Shown here piece after piece: positions 38,644-46,644 of a stretch of 64,000 bases of DNA; position 1 is the first letter of the stretch, and every line of letters begins with the position of its first letter. The position numbers were made by a program, and so were the translations under genes. The DNA comes from a virus: positions 1 through 64,000 of IMG/VR virus record IMGVR_UViG_3300018080_000121; one strand, given 5' to 3'. The notes below the pieces were generated by a model. It was given only the letters and a program-made list of their open reading frames with translations, had not been told where the DNA came from and did not search any database.

Positions 38644-39608
38644 TGTCTTTATTACCAATACCAGACTTACCACAAGCTCCTGAGCTTCCTGGTGTACCTG
38701 ATGTGGGTGATATTATTGACGGTGCTGTTGATCAGATTCCTGGAATTTCAGATGTTGTTGGGGACATTGATTGCAACCCTCAAAAGTCATTATGTGATAA
38801 ATTTAATAACCAACTAGATGATGCGATAAAGCAAATTGAGAATTTTAGTAATATCTTTCGAGATAAACTCGGTAGAGTCCAAGATAAACTTGAGTCTTTC
38901 AAACTAGATATTCCAAGTACAGAAATTGATGATCTATCAAAAACTATGGAAGATGAAGCCGCTGCTGCCCTCCCGGACATTGATCCTTGCGATCCAGCAG
39001 AAATTTTAAAGACTCTAGAAAATTGTGGATTGGCGTTTCCCAGTCTTGCTTCTCCAAAACAAATGGAGAAGGATATGAGAGATTGGATGAGTTTTAAATT
39101 GAAAAATATATTTGGGGATTTTGAATTTCCAGACTTTGATTTTGCGATGCCAGATTTTCCAAGGTTACCATCATTCGAATTACCGGAATTTCAACTCCCA
39201 GAATTTTCTATATCTCTTGATTTTGATGGTTTAGATAACTTGTTAAGTAAGTGGAAATTTCCTGATCTTTTGGGGTCAATGGATGGACTTTTTAACTGCC
39301 TTGATTCTATTTGTAAAGACGTTGATTTGGACGATAAAATTACTAGAGTGAATAATAGTCTTAGTGGCATGGGAATTTCTGATAGTGGAACATTAGATAC
39401 AAAACAATTGATGGATAGTGTTGGTTTATCAGATCTCCATCAAGCTGGTGTTAATAAAGCAAAAAGTACAATGGCAGATCTAAAATCTGCTTATACAAGT
39501 GCAGCTGAAAATGGTGCAACTGCAGTTACTAATCAAACAAAAAATATGGTTGCTCAAACTACACAGCCCGCAGAAGGTGTTATTGCTAAATACAAGTCAT
39601 TGTTTTAG
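38643..39608 (+). CDS. Acidic Pro/Phe repeat protein next to gp5
   Basis: FEFPDFDFAMPDFPRLPSFELPEFQLPEF pentapeptide periodicity. Confidence 0.6.
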   Translation: MSLLPIPDLPQAPELPGVPDVGDIIDGAVDQIPGISDVVGDIDCNPQKSLCDKFNNQLDDAIKQIENFSNIFRDKLGRVQDKLESFKLDIPSTEIDDLSKTMEDEAAAALPDIDPCDPAEILKTLENCGLAFPSLASPKQMEKDMRDWMSFKLKNIFGDFEFPDFDFAMPDFPRLPSFELPEFQLPEFSISLDFDGLDNLLSKWKFPDLLGSMDGLFNCLDSICKDVDLDDKITRVNNSLSGMGISDSGTLDTKQLMDSVGLSDLHQAGVNKAKSTMADLKSAYTSAAENGATAVTNQTKNMVAQTTQPAEGVIAKYKSLF

Positions 39609-39613
39609 GAGTT

Positions 39614-40132
39614 ATGATGAAGATACCTTTAAAACCAAGTCTTCTTAAAATTCGAAGAAAGTCTCCAAGGTGGATTATCCTCCATCATACCGCAGAGATA
39701 TATGACGATCCTGCAGCAACAGTAGCAAATACAAAATTTCAAATACCTGCAATTGCAAAAGGAGTACTTGAGAAGAAACAAGGTGATGTAAATTATCACT
39801 ACATTGTAGATAAAATTGGTGAAGACTTTCAACCGATTGTATGTAGACCCTTTGTGTTTATGTGTGACTGGCCAGATATTAGACCTGATGTAAATAATGC
39901 CGCTGTTCATATTGCTGTATTAGGAAATTTTGATTTTAAAGTACCTGAAAAGAGATTGTATGAAATATTATGTTTTAGATTAATTAACCCCATGTTAAAA
40001 ATGTGGGGACTCTCTCCAAGCCGCGTCAAATTTCACAGAGACGTGTCAACGGATAAAGATCTTTCCTGTCCTGGCGACTTTATTGATATGGCTGTCGTCC
40101 AAGCGATGATAAGACGCTTTGTTATTAAGTAG
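39614..40132 (+). CDS. N-acetylmuramoyl-L-alanine amidase (Amidase_2-like)
   Basis: IILHHT, YHYIV, IAVLGNFD, FHRDV...SCPG. Confidence 0.8.
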   Translation: MMKIPLKPSLLKIRRKSPRWIILHHTAEIYDDPAATVANTKFQIPAIAKGVLEKKQGDVNYHYIVDKIGEDFQPIVCRPFVFMCDWPDIRPDVNNAAVHIAVLGNFDFKVPEKRLYEILCFRLINPMLKMWGLSPSRVKFHRDVSTDKDLSCPGDFIDMAVVQAMIRRFVIK

Positions 40133-40173
40133 TCTGTTTCTCACCTGTTTGTTTCCATTATAGTAATTTCGAT

Positions 40174-40208
40174 TATATATATAACCTTTATGAGTTTAAT
40201 GTTATATA
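40174..40208 (+). promoter_or_regulatory. TATATATATAAC motif with 8-bp inverted repeat
   Basis: TATATAAC 40178-40185 / GTTATATA 40201-40208 upstream of gene 40223. Confidence 0.5.
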
Positions 40209-40222
40209 AACCATGAAAGGAG

Positions 40223-41680
40223 ATGTATATGCTGTCGTTTGAGAAAGAGAGTTTGAAAAAGTGGAACATGAAAATGGATGATAAACATGTCTTCACACTT
40301 AATTTAATGACCTCTTCTATCACAAATAAATTTAACATTGTTTCTGATTTTATCCAGAATGTGTCCAAAGTTATTGGTCAAGAATTTGATGATTGGTTCT
40401 TGGAATTTCTGACAAACTACAAAGCGAGAAAAGATTTTGCAACTATTGTTGAGAATATTGATAAATTAAAAGGTTTTGTTGATAAGTATATTGACGAAAG
40501 TGACCTTGACTTTTCTAAATTTGTAGATGTAAGTAAAGCAAAAAAAGGAACAATCCTTTTTATGCCTGATGAAATTGAAATGATTATTCGAGCTTCTGGT
40601 TATTTGAAATTGTATTCTGTGATTTCTAATAGTCAGGATATGCAGCTAAGCAGAAAGTTGCATGGTGAAGCTTATAATATGATCATTACGGACATTGTTA
40701 AGAGTGAAGTTGCAGCGAAAATTTTTAACGTTGTAAAAACCAAAACCTACAAATACAATATGACTGACAAGTATATGTGGGAATACATTAAAATGATTCA
40801 ATGTAAGTCAATAGACGTCCACACAGTTGAGATTTTTAACTTTATTATGAACTCCATTCTGGTTCTCTGTGAAGAGGACAAAAACCCAATTACATACTTT
40901 GTTGGAGTTGTTGACGAGTCTGTAAAATGGTTCTTGAGATCTGTATATAAGAAAACGGTCATTTATGACGACTCGATATCTACAGAAGATATTCATGGAA
41001 TGAACATTGACAATCTCAAGACGTATAGTTATAATGATACTCTTGGGAGACTCAAGGGAATCGCATATGAGAAGATTTACCAAGATTTGGATAAGTCGTC
41101 TATAATGTTAATTGATGAAGATAATGAATCTGATAAAAACATTACAGAATTCCAAAATAGAATTTTAGACGTCGAATTCATTTCTCCATTATGTGATTGT
41201 TTAGTATTTCCAATATTATCAAAGATGACAAACATTCCTTATACACATTTTACAACATTGTCACCTGAACATGCTACAATACTTTCATTGTATGTAAAAC
41301 GAATTTTGGAGAAAGTTTTTAAGAGTGAGTACCCGAATTTGTTTACGCTTCTGGAATATTTCCCAACTACTGCGCCTGCTATTGCAACTACATATAAAAT
41401 TAAAAATGTAAATGATGATGGTGGGTTCATTCAAATTCAAAATAACGTTGCGAATTTTTTTGGCTTTTCTACGAAGATTTTACCTTACAAAATTATGAGC
41501 TACTTTGTAGGTAGGAGTTCAAGAGTCAATTTCCAACATGTTTTGACTGGAAAGAAGTTGGGTGGTATCCCTCTTTCTAAAGTGGAGTCAGATGTAGTTA
41601 AATTTTATACTCTTTTCTTTTCTGGAGCTTTGGATGAAAAGATTGAAGAGATGAGAAACTACATGCAAGATGACTTCTAA
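40223..41680 (+). CDS. 485-aa unknown, candidate sigma-like promoter specificity factor
   Basis: Monocistronic, immediately upstream of the RNAP cluster; KNPITYFVGVV loosely resembles the gp55 region-2 motif NPFAYFTQII. Confidence 0.35.
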   Translation: MYMLSFEKESLKKWNMKMDDKHVFTLNLMTSSITNKFNIVSDFIQNVSKVIGQEFDDWFLEFLTNYKARKDFATIVENIDKLKGFVDKYIDESDLDFSKFVDVSKAKKGTILFMPDEIEMIIRASGYLKLYSVISNSQDMQLSRKLHGEAYNMIITDIVKSEVAAKIFNVVKTKTYKYNMTDKYMWEYIKMIQCKSIDVHTVEIFNFIMNSILVLCEEDKNPITYFVGVVDESVKWFLRSVYKKTVIYDDSISTEDIHGMNIDNLKTYSYNDTLGRLKGIAYEKIYQDLDKSSIMLIDEDNESDKNITEFQNRILDVEFISPLCDCLVFPILSKMTNIPYTHFTTLSPEHATILSLYVKRILEKVFKSEYPNLFTLLEYFPTTAPAIATTYKIKNVNDDGGFIQIQNNVANFFGFSTKILPYKIMSYFVGRSSRVNFQHVLTGKKLGGIPLSKVESDVVKFYTLFFSGALDEKIEEMRNYMQDDF

Positions 41681-41683
41681 AAT

Positions 41684-41718
41684 AATGGGTAGAGTCTTGT
41701 CGGGACTCTACCCATTTT
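41684..41718 (+). terminator. Strong Rho-independent terminator
   Basis: Perfect 13-bp stem AATGGGTAGAGTC/GACTCTACCCATT plus T run. Confidence 0.85.
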
Positions 41719-41732
41719 CCGTTGTTAATTTT

Positions 41733-41740
41733 AGAACAAA
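41733..41740 (+). promoter_or_regulatory. AGAACAAA motif (candidate late promoter of the RNAP operon)
   Basis: Directly after the terminator, before the RNAP cluster. Confidence 0.5.
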
Positions 41741-41775
41741 CTTAAAATGTGATACCTTTGTTAAGGAGTTATACA

Positions 41776-42189
41776 ATGACAAAATTACAGGAAAGCTTTG
41801 AAATCCTAGAAGAATTACTCCGCCAGGCTCACGAGTTAATATCTCCTATGACATACCATGATGATCTTGAGAGATTGACCCCACAGTTTATGATGGGTGA
41901 TATGCAAAAGAATCCTGGATGTTATATTAAAATGGATACTGGTCGAAAAACGATGGTGTTTCCTATCTGTAATAGAAATGGAATCAAGACACCACAAATG
42001 ATCAAGTTCTCTCTAAAGTTAGCAGCAAGATTAAACGATGCAGATTATGTTGATCAAGAAAGAATTTCAATTGTGATTTCGAAGTTAAATCGTCTTTTAA
42101 ACAGATATGACAGACCAGTACCAAAGCCTTCTAGAGCCGCTGGAGTTAAAAGTCTAGCCACACAAAAATTTAATCAATTGATGAAATAA
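41776..42189 (+). CDS. Hypothetical protein with MTKLQE leader
   Basis: SD AAGGAG then ATG 41776. Confidence 0.65.
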   Translation: MTKLQESFEILEELLRQAHELISPMTYHDDLERLTPQFMMGDMQKNPGCYIKMDTGRKTMVFPICNRNGIKTPQMIKFSLKLAARLNDADYVDQERISIVISKLNRLLNRYDRPVPKPSRAAGVKSLATQKFNQLMK

Positions 42190-42190
42190 A

Positions 42191-44530
42191 ATGTTAAGAC
42201 TTCTGAATACTGATTCTTATGTGAAAGGTCTTACACCAGTAACGTCGATGACATATACTACTAAAGCTGGTGAGTTTCATGAGGATGGTCTGTTTAGCGA
42301 AAAAATTTTTGGGCCTAATGGATCTCTTGAGAGACGACAAACCTTTTCATATATTGAGTTGAGATCAAAAGTAGTACACCCTGCCGCTTTAAGAATAATT
42401 CTCCAGTTAGATAGACGTGTAGAAAAGTTTTTATCTACCGAAGACTCATTCATTTTGAATAAAGGTCGCCTAGAAGTAGTAGAGACTGGAGGTGTCACTG
42501 GAATCAATGAGTTCATCAAATTGTTTCCAAGGATCAAGTGGAGAGGTGAAACAGACACAAGAGAAAAGTTAATCAAATTTATTGAAAATGAGAAAAAGAA
42601 AAAAACTCTTTTCATTGATAAAATACCTGTTATCCCACCTGATTTAAGACCTGCAGTTCTAGGTGAAGATGGAAACTGGATGATTGACGCTCTTAATGAC
42701 GTATACATTTCAATTATGAGAAGAGCTGCTCAAGTGAGATCTTCTGGTTCTGGACCTTTATATGATTTATTAAACTATGCATTACAAAATGCAGTTATGG
42801 ATCATGACAACTATATTCGAACGAGAATTAATAAGAAACAAGGTCTCATTAGAAGTCAGATGCTTGGTAAGCGTGTAGACTTTTCAGGCAGAGCAGTTAT
42901 TACACCAAGTCCAAAAATCAACTTAAATGAACTTGGGGTTCCATTACGTTTGGCAGTTGGTCTCTTTGAACCATTCATATTACATCGCTTGCTTTATTCC
43001 GGTAAAGTTAATAGAGAAACTTTAGCAACACTTGTTGAAGAATTTACAGGGTTGGAATTATCTGTGGATGGCATCAAACGAGTATTGAAAGCTATTAAAG
43101 AAAACGATAAAATCCCTGAAGATTTATATGAGTTATTTTTTGAAGCAACTGATGCTGCAATGGCGGGAAGGGTAGTTGTACTAAAACGTGACCCTGTATT
43201 ACATACACAAAGTTATATGGCTTACTTTCCTGTATTACATAGGGGAAATACATTAGAAATGTCAACACTTCAAGTTGGTGCTCACAATGCTGACTTTGAT
43301 GGTGACCAAATGGCAGTATTTCATCCATTGACAGATGAAGCTCAAAGAGAAGCTAGAGAGAGAATGACACGTCTTACTAGCGGTACATCTTCTTCTCAGT
43401 TAGTATTTGAATTATCAAAAGAGATGTGGGCGGGTTTATATATCATAACTAAAGATAAAAAGTCATCTAAACCTGCAAAAGCTGTATCTGATGAAGATTT
43501 GGAAAATATAACTGACCCATATATTCCTGTAAAATATAGAGGAAAGACAACTACAGCAGGAAAAGCAATTTTCAATAGCTGTTTTCCAAAAGGAATGTCA
43601 TTTCAAACAGGTATTGCATCTAAAAAATTAACAGGGTCTTTAATACAATTAGCTTTTAAAAAGTATGGTGAACCGGCAACTATTAAAATTGCTAATAAAT
43701 TGAAACATGTAGCTTTTAAATGGGCAACTATCACTGCTCCATCAATGACTCTTGATACATTTCAACTTCCAAAATCTGTGTATGTGATTAAAGAAAAGAT
43801 CAAAACTGCAACTCCAGAAGAAGCACAAGATCTTATTGATAAAGCTCAAAAAATTGTAGAGAAAGAATTAAAAGATACAGGGTTTGGTGATTTAGTAGAA
43901 TCTGGATCTGCTAAAGGTTGGGGTCAGCCAATGCAGATCCTTGTTTCTAAAGGTGTTATTGCTGATCCTGATGGTAATGTTTTAGATCCTGTAGCTGGTT
44001 CATTTGCGGACGGCTTATCAAATGTTGACTTCTTTAAAGCATCACAGGGCGCAAGAAAAGGTATTATTGACCGTGTTATCAACACGGCGGATACCGGATA
44101 TATGGCTCGTCGACTTGCATATTTCCTCAATACTGTAGAAGTTGATCGCACTCTACGAGATTGTAAAACAACCAGGACTCTTGATTTTCTATTAACAGAA
44201 GATTTAATAGATCGATTTACTGGTCGATTCGTTATTAAAAATGGTAAGTTAATGCCATTTGAACAAGCGAAATTGAAATTAGGTGATATTGTTCATTTAC
44301 GAAGTCCTGTTTTTTGTAGAAGTCCAAAAATATGTCACACTTGCTATGGGAGATTAATTGAGAGACATAGAACTCCATATGTCGGTATTTTAGCATCACA
44401 GATTATTGGAGAGAGAGGGACCCAGCTAATTATGAAGACATTCCATACAGGTGGTGCTGTAACATTGATTAAACGAGATATGTTAAGTGATATAATTAAT
44501 AATGATCCATTGTCAGGATTGAAAAAATAG
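42191..44530 (+). CDS. rpoC: Phage RNA polymerase beta' subunit, N-terminal/catalytic part
   Basis: GKRVDFSGRAV, NADFDGD, bridge helix GARKG..TADTGY..RRL, CRSPKICHTCYG, trigger loop GERGTQLIMKTFHTGG. Confidence 0.95.
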   Translation: MLRLLNTDSYVKGLTPVTSMTYTTKAGEFHEDGLFSEKIFGPNGSLERRQTFSYIELRSKVVHPAALRIILQLDRRVEKFLSTEDSFILNKGRLEVVETGGVTGINEFIKLFPRIKWRGETDTREKLIKFIENEKKKKTLFIDKIPVIPPDLRPAVLGEDGNWMIDALNDVYISIMRRAAQVRSSGSGPLYDLLNYALQNAVMDHDNYIRTRINKKQGLIRSQMLGKRVDFSGRAVITPSPKINLNELGVPLRLAVGLFEPFILHRLLYSGKVNRETLATLVEEFTGLELSVDGIKRVLKAIKENDKIPEDLYELFFEATDAAMAGRVVVLKRDPVLHTQSYMAYFPVLHRGNTLEMSTLQVGAHNADFDGDQMAVFHPLTDEAQREARERMTRLTSGTSSSQLVFELSKEMWAGLYIITKDKKSSKPAKAVSDEDLENITDPYIPVKYRGKTTTAGKAIFNSCFPKGMSFQTGIASKKLTGSLIQLAFKKYGEPATIKIANKLKHVAFKWATITAPSMTLDTFQLPKSVYVIKEKIKTATPEEAQDLIDKAQKIVEKELKDTGFGDLVESGSAKGWGQPMQILVSKGVIADPDGNVLDPVAGSFADGLSNVDFFKASQGARKGIIDRVINTADTGYMARRLAYFLNTVEVDRTLRDCKTTRTLDFLLTEDLIDRFTGRFVIKNGKLMPFEQAKLKLGDIVHLRSPVFCRSPKICHTCYGRLIERHRTPYVGILASQIIGERGTQLIMKTFHTGGAVTLIKRDMLSDIINNDPLSGLKK

Positions 44531-44540
44531 TGGAGTTGTT

Positions 44541-44801
44541 ATGAAAACTTTCAGAACTGAATCAAAATATCATGATGACGCGTTAAAACGAGACATCAAA
44601 AGAAAAGTAACCGTAGCTGGTGTTACATTAGTTGGACTTCCACTTGTTACTATGTACGCACTCTTTCAAGTATATGAAAGACTATTAGCAAAGAAAAAGA
44701 AAGCTAAAACTCCAAGAGAAAAGTCTGAGATCGAATGGAAGATACAAAGACTAGCCAGACGAGCTAAGAAATTAATGGCGAAGGTGAAGAAAAATGGCTA
44801 A
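44541..44801 (+). CDS. Small basic single-TM protein inserted between the beta' halves
   Basis: MKTFRTE leader, VTVAGVTLVGLPLVTMYALFQV, Lys-rich tail. Confidence 0.65.
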   Translation: MKTFRTESKYHDDALKRDIKRKVTVAGVTLVGLPLVTMYALFQVYERLLAKKKKAKTPREKSEIEWKIQRLARRAKKLMAKVKKNG

Positions 44802-45510
44802 GAGTATATCTACATATCTAAAACAATCTGGTAATGATCTTGTTGTGTTAAGAGATTGTGTTCTTACTATTGATATGTCCAACTATGATGCCGACAATAT
44901 GAGAATGGAAGAGAAGATATGGGTCAAGTCATTGTTAGCAAAAGCGGAGTTTGGAGATCTAATATTTGATATTGTTCTGGATTATCCTGTAGACCTTCAT
45001 GTATATAAGATGGACAAAGTAGGAAAAGAATACATCAAACTCCATTATACAGCGAATTCAATTATGCTATCAGTTTCAATTGAAGCCGCTGAATCTAAAG
45101 TTCAGATTTCATATGTAGATCGTCTAATTGGCGGAAAAGAGATCTTAAAAGATGCTTCTCATTTATATAGAAAGTTGTTTGCAGTATATGGCAAACTTTC
45201 AAATATGGATTCTGCACACCTAGAGGTCCTTTGTTCTCAAGTATTAAGAGATAGACAAAATGTCCAAATACCTGCGAGGTTAGGAAAAAAGTGGGATCCT
45301 ACTTTAGTAAATCTAAAGAAAGTAGTTTTCTCAGAAGGGTTTATCAATGGGCTTGCATTTGAGAATGTCAATGAAGCAATTAAGACTGGTTTGATATCTG
45401 ATGAACGAGCCGAACCTAGTATTATTGAAAAGGTTATGACAGGTACGTTGGTTGATGATAGACGTGGACAAAAAGGTATGGTAGGAAGTAGACATTATAA
45501 AAATAGGTAA
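44794..45510 (+). CDS. rpoC: Phage RNA polymerase beta' subunit, C-terminal part
   Basis: HLEVLCSQVLR, GFINGLAFENVNEAI, SIIEKVMTG correspond to beta' region H. Confidence 0.85.
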   Translation: MAKSISTYLKQSGNDLVVLRDCVLTIDMSNYDADNMRMEEKIWVKSLLAKAEFGDLIFDIVLDYPVDLHVYKMDKVGKEYIKLHYTANSIMLSVSIEAAESKVQISYVDRLIGGKEILKDASHLYRKLFAVYGKLSNMDSAHLEVLCSQVLRDRQNVQIPARLGKKWDPTLVNLKKVVFSEGFINGLAFENVNEAIKTGLISDERAEPSIIEKVMTGTLVDDRRGQKGMVGSRHYKNR

Positions 45511-45514
45511 TGAT

Positions 45515-46297
45515 ATGTTACTAGAAGAATATCTAGATCATTTACAGGAAATTGAACCAACCACTGCTGCAGGAATAGTAATTGGATCCATGACTTTTTT
45601 GATGATTGTAGGTGGTCCAATTCTGCAAGCACATATGTTAGTGAAAACCTCGAAAAGACACAAGGTTCTAGAAAAGAAACTTAAGGACATACTTCAAGAT
45701 GGACGAGATTGGAAGATATATATCATGAAAGAGAAGCTTCCAAATGCTGGCATTTTAAGTGAAAAACCAGAGATATTTGTAACATCTGGATTGTTTAAGT
45801 ATGTAACGGATCGAGAAGTGATGGCTATACTACTCCACGAAGTAGGTCATATCAGGGGGTTTCATGCGACAAAACAAGGGTGGTCTACAGCAATATTAGT
45901 CAGTCCCGCCATTGCTGCAGCGACAACAACATTATTCAATACCGCAACATTAGTGGCTTCAGCGTTAGCACCACTAGCGGTAATGGCTATTCTATTTACA
46001 TCACATATGATCATGCTTCCTATGAGTAGAAGTCATGAATATAAAGCAGATGAACATACAATACGATATGGATATGGAAAGGATCTAGCCTCAGCCCTTA
46101 AGAAAATGATAAAAGTTCATCAAAAAGGACATTCAAAATTATCTAAGAAAATAGCAAGTTATCTTGATCCACATCCGACAGTTGAAAGGCGAGTAGCAAA
46201 TATATTACTACACGCCTCAACGATAAAACTCATTCTAAAAAATACTTTAACTAAATCGGATGTAGTTAAACATCTCGCAAAACTTTGGAAGGGTTAA
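45515..46297 (+). CDS. M48-family zinc metallopeptidase with hydrophobic segments
   Basis: PNA, LLHEVGH, SRSHEYKAD, HPTVERR; leader LEEYLDHLQE. Confidence 0.85.
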   Translation: MLLEEYLDHLQEIEPTTAAGIVIGSMTFLMIVGGPILQAHMLVKTSKRHKVLEKKLKDILQDGRDWKIYIMKEKLPNAGILSEKPEIFVTSGLFKYVTDREVMAILLHEVGHIRGFHATKQGWSTAILVSPAIAAATTTLFNTATLVASALAPLAVMAILFTSHMIMLPMSRSHEYKADEHTIRYGYGKDLASALKKMIKVHQKGHSKLSKKIASYLDPHPTVERRVANILLHASTIKLILKNTLTKSDVVKHLAKLWKG

Positions 46298-46299
46298 AA

Positions 46300-46644
46300 A
46301 TGTATACATATAGAGCTAAGGTAACAAGGGTTGTCGACGGTGATACATTCCATGCTGAAGTGGATCTTGGCTTTAAATTAACTATGAAACAAACATTTAG
46401 GTTAGCTGAGATTGACACCCCAGAGACATTTCGACCAAAATCTGAAGCAGAAAGAGCGCATGGACAGCAGGCTAAGGAGTTCGTTAAACGAGCAATTGAA
46501 GGAAAGATTGTTACTGTCAAAACGAAGAAGACGGGAAAGTATGGTAGATATATCGCCTATGTAACTTATGGTGGTGGACTTAGTCTATTACAAGAATTAA
46601 GGGACAAAGGATTCGAAAAGAAGGAATCATATGATACAATTTAA
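46300..46644 (+). CDS. Thermonuclease (SNase-like)
   Basis: VVDGDT, RLAEIDTPE, GKYGRYIA. Confidence 0.88.
   Translation: MYTYRAKVTRVVDGDTFHAEVDLGFKLTMKQTFRLAEIDTPETFRPKSEAERAHGQQAKEFVKRAIEGKIVTVKTKKTGKYGRYIAYVTYGGGLSLLQELRDKGFEKKESYDTI

Noticed and set aside
44531-44793. Group I intron joining the two beta' halves
   Set aside because: An AGACTA resembles the R element but no TAGTC partner for P7 was found; the interval is filled by a normal small gene and the second half has its own start
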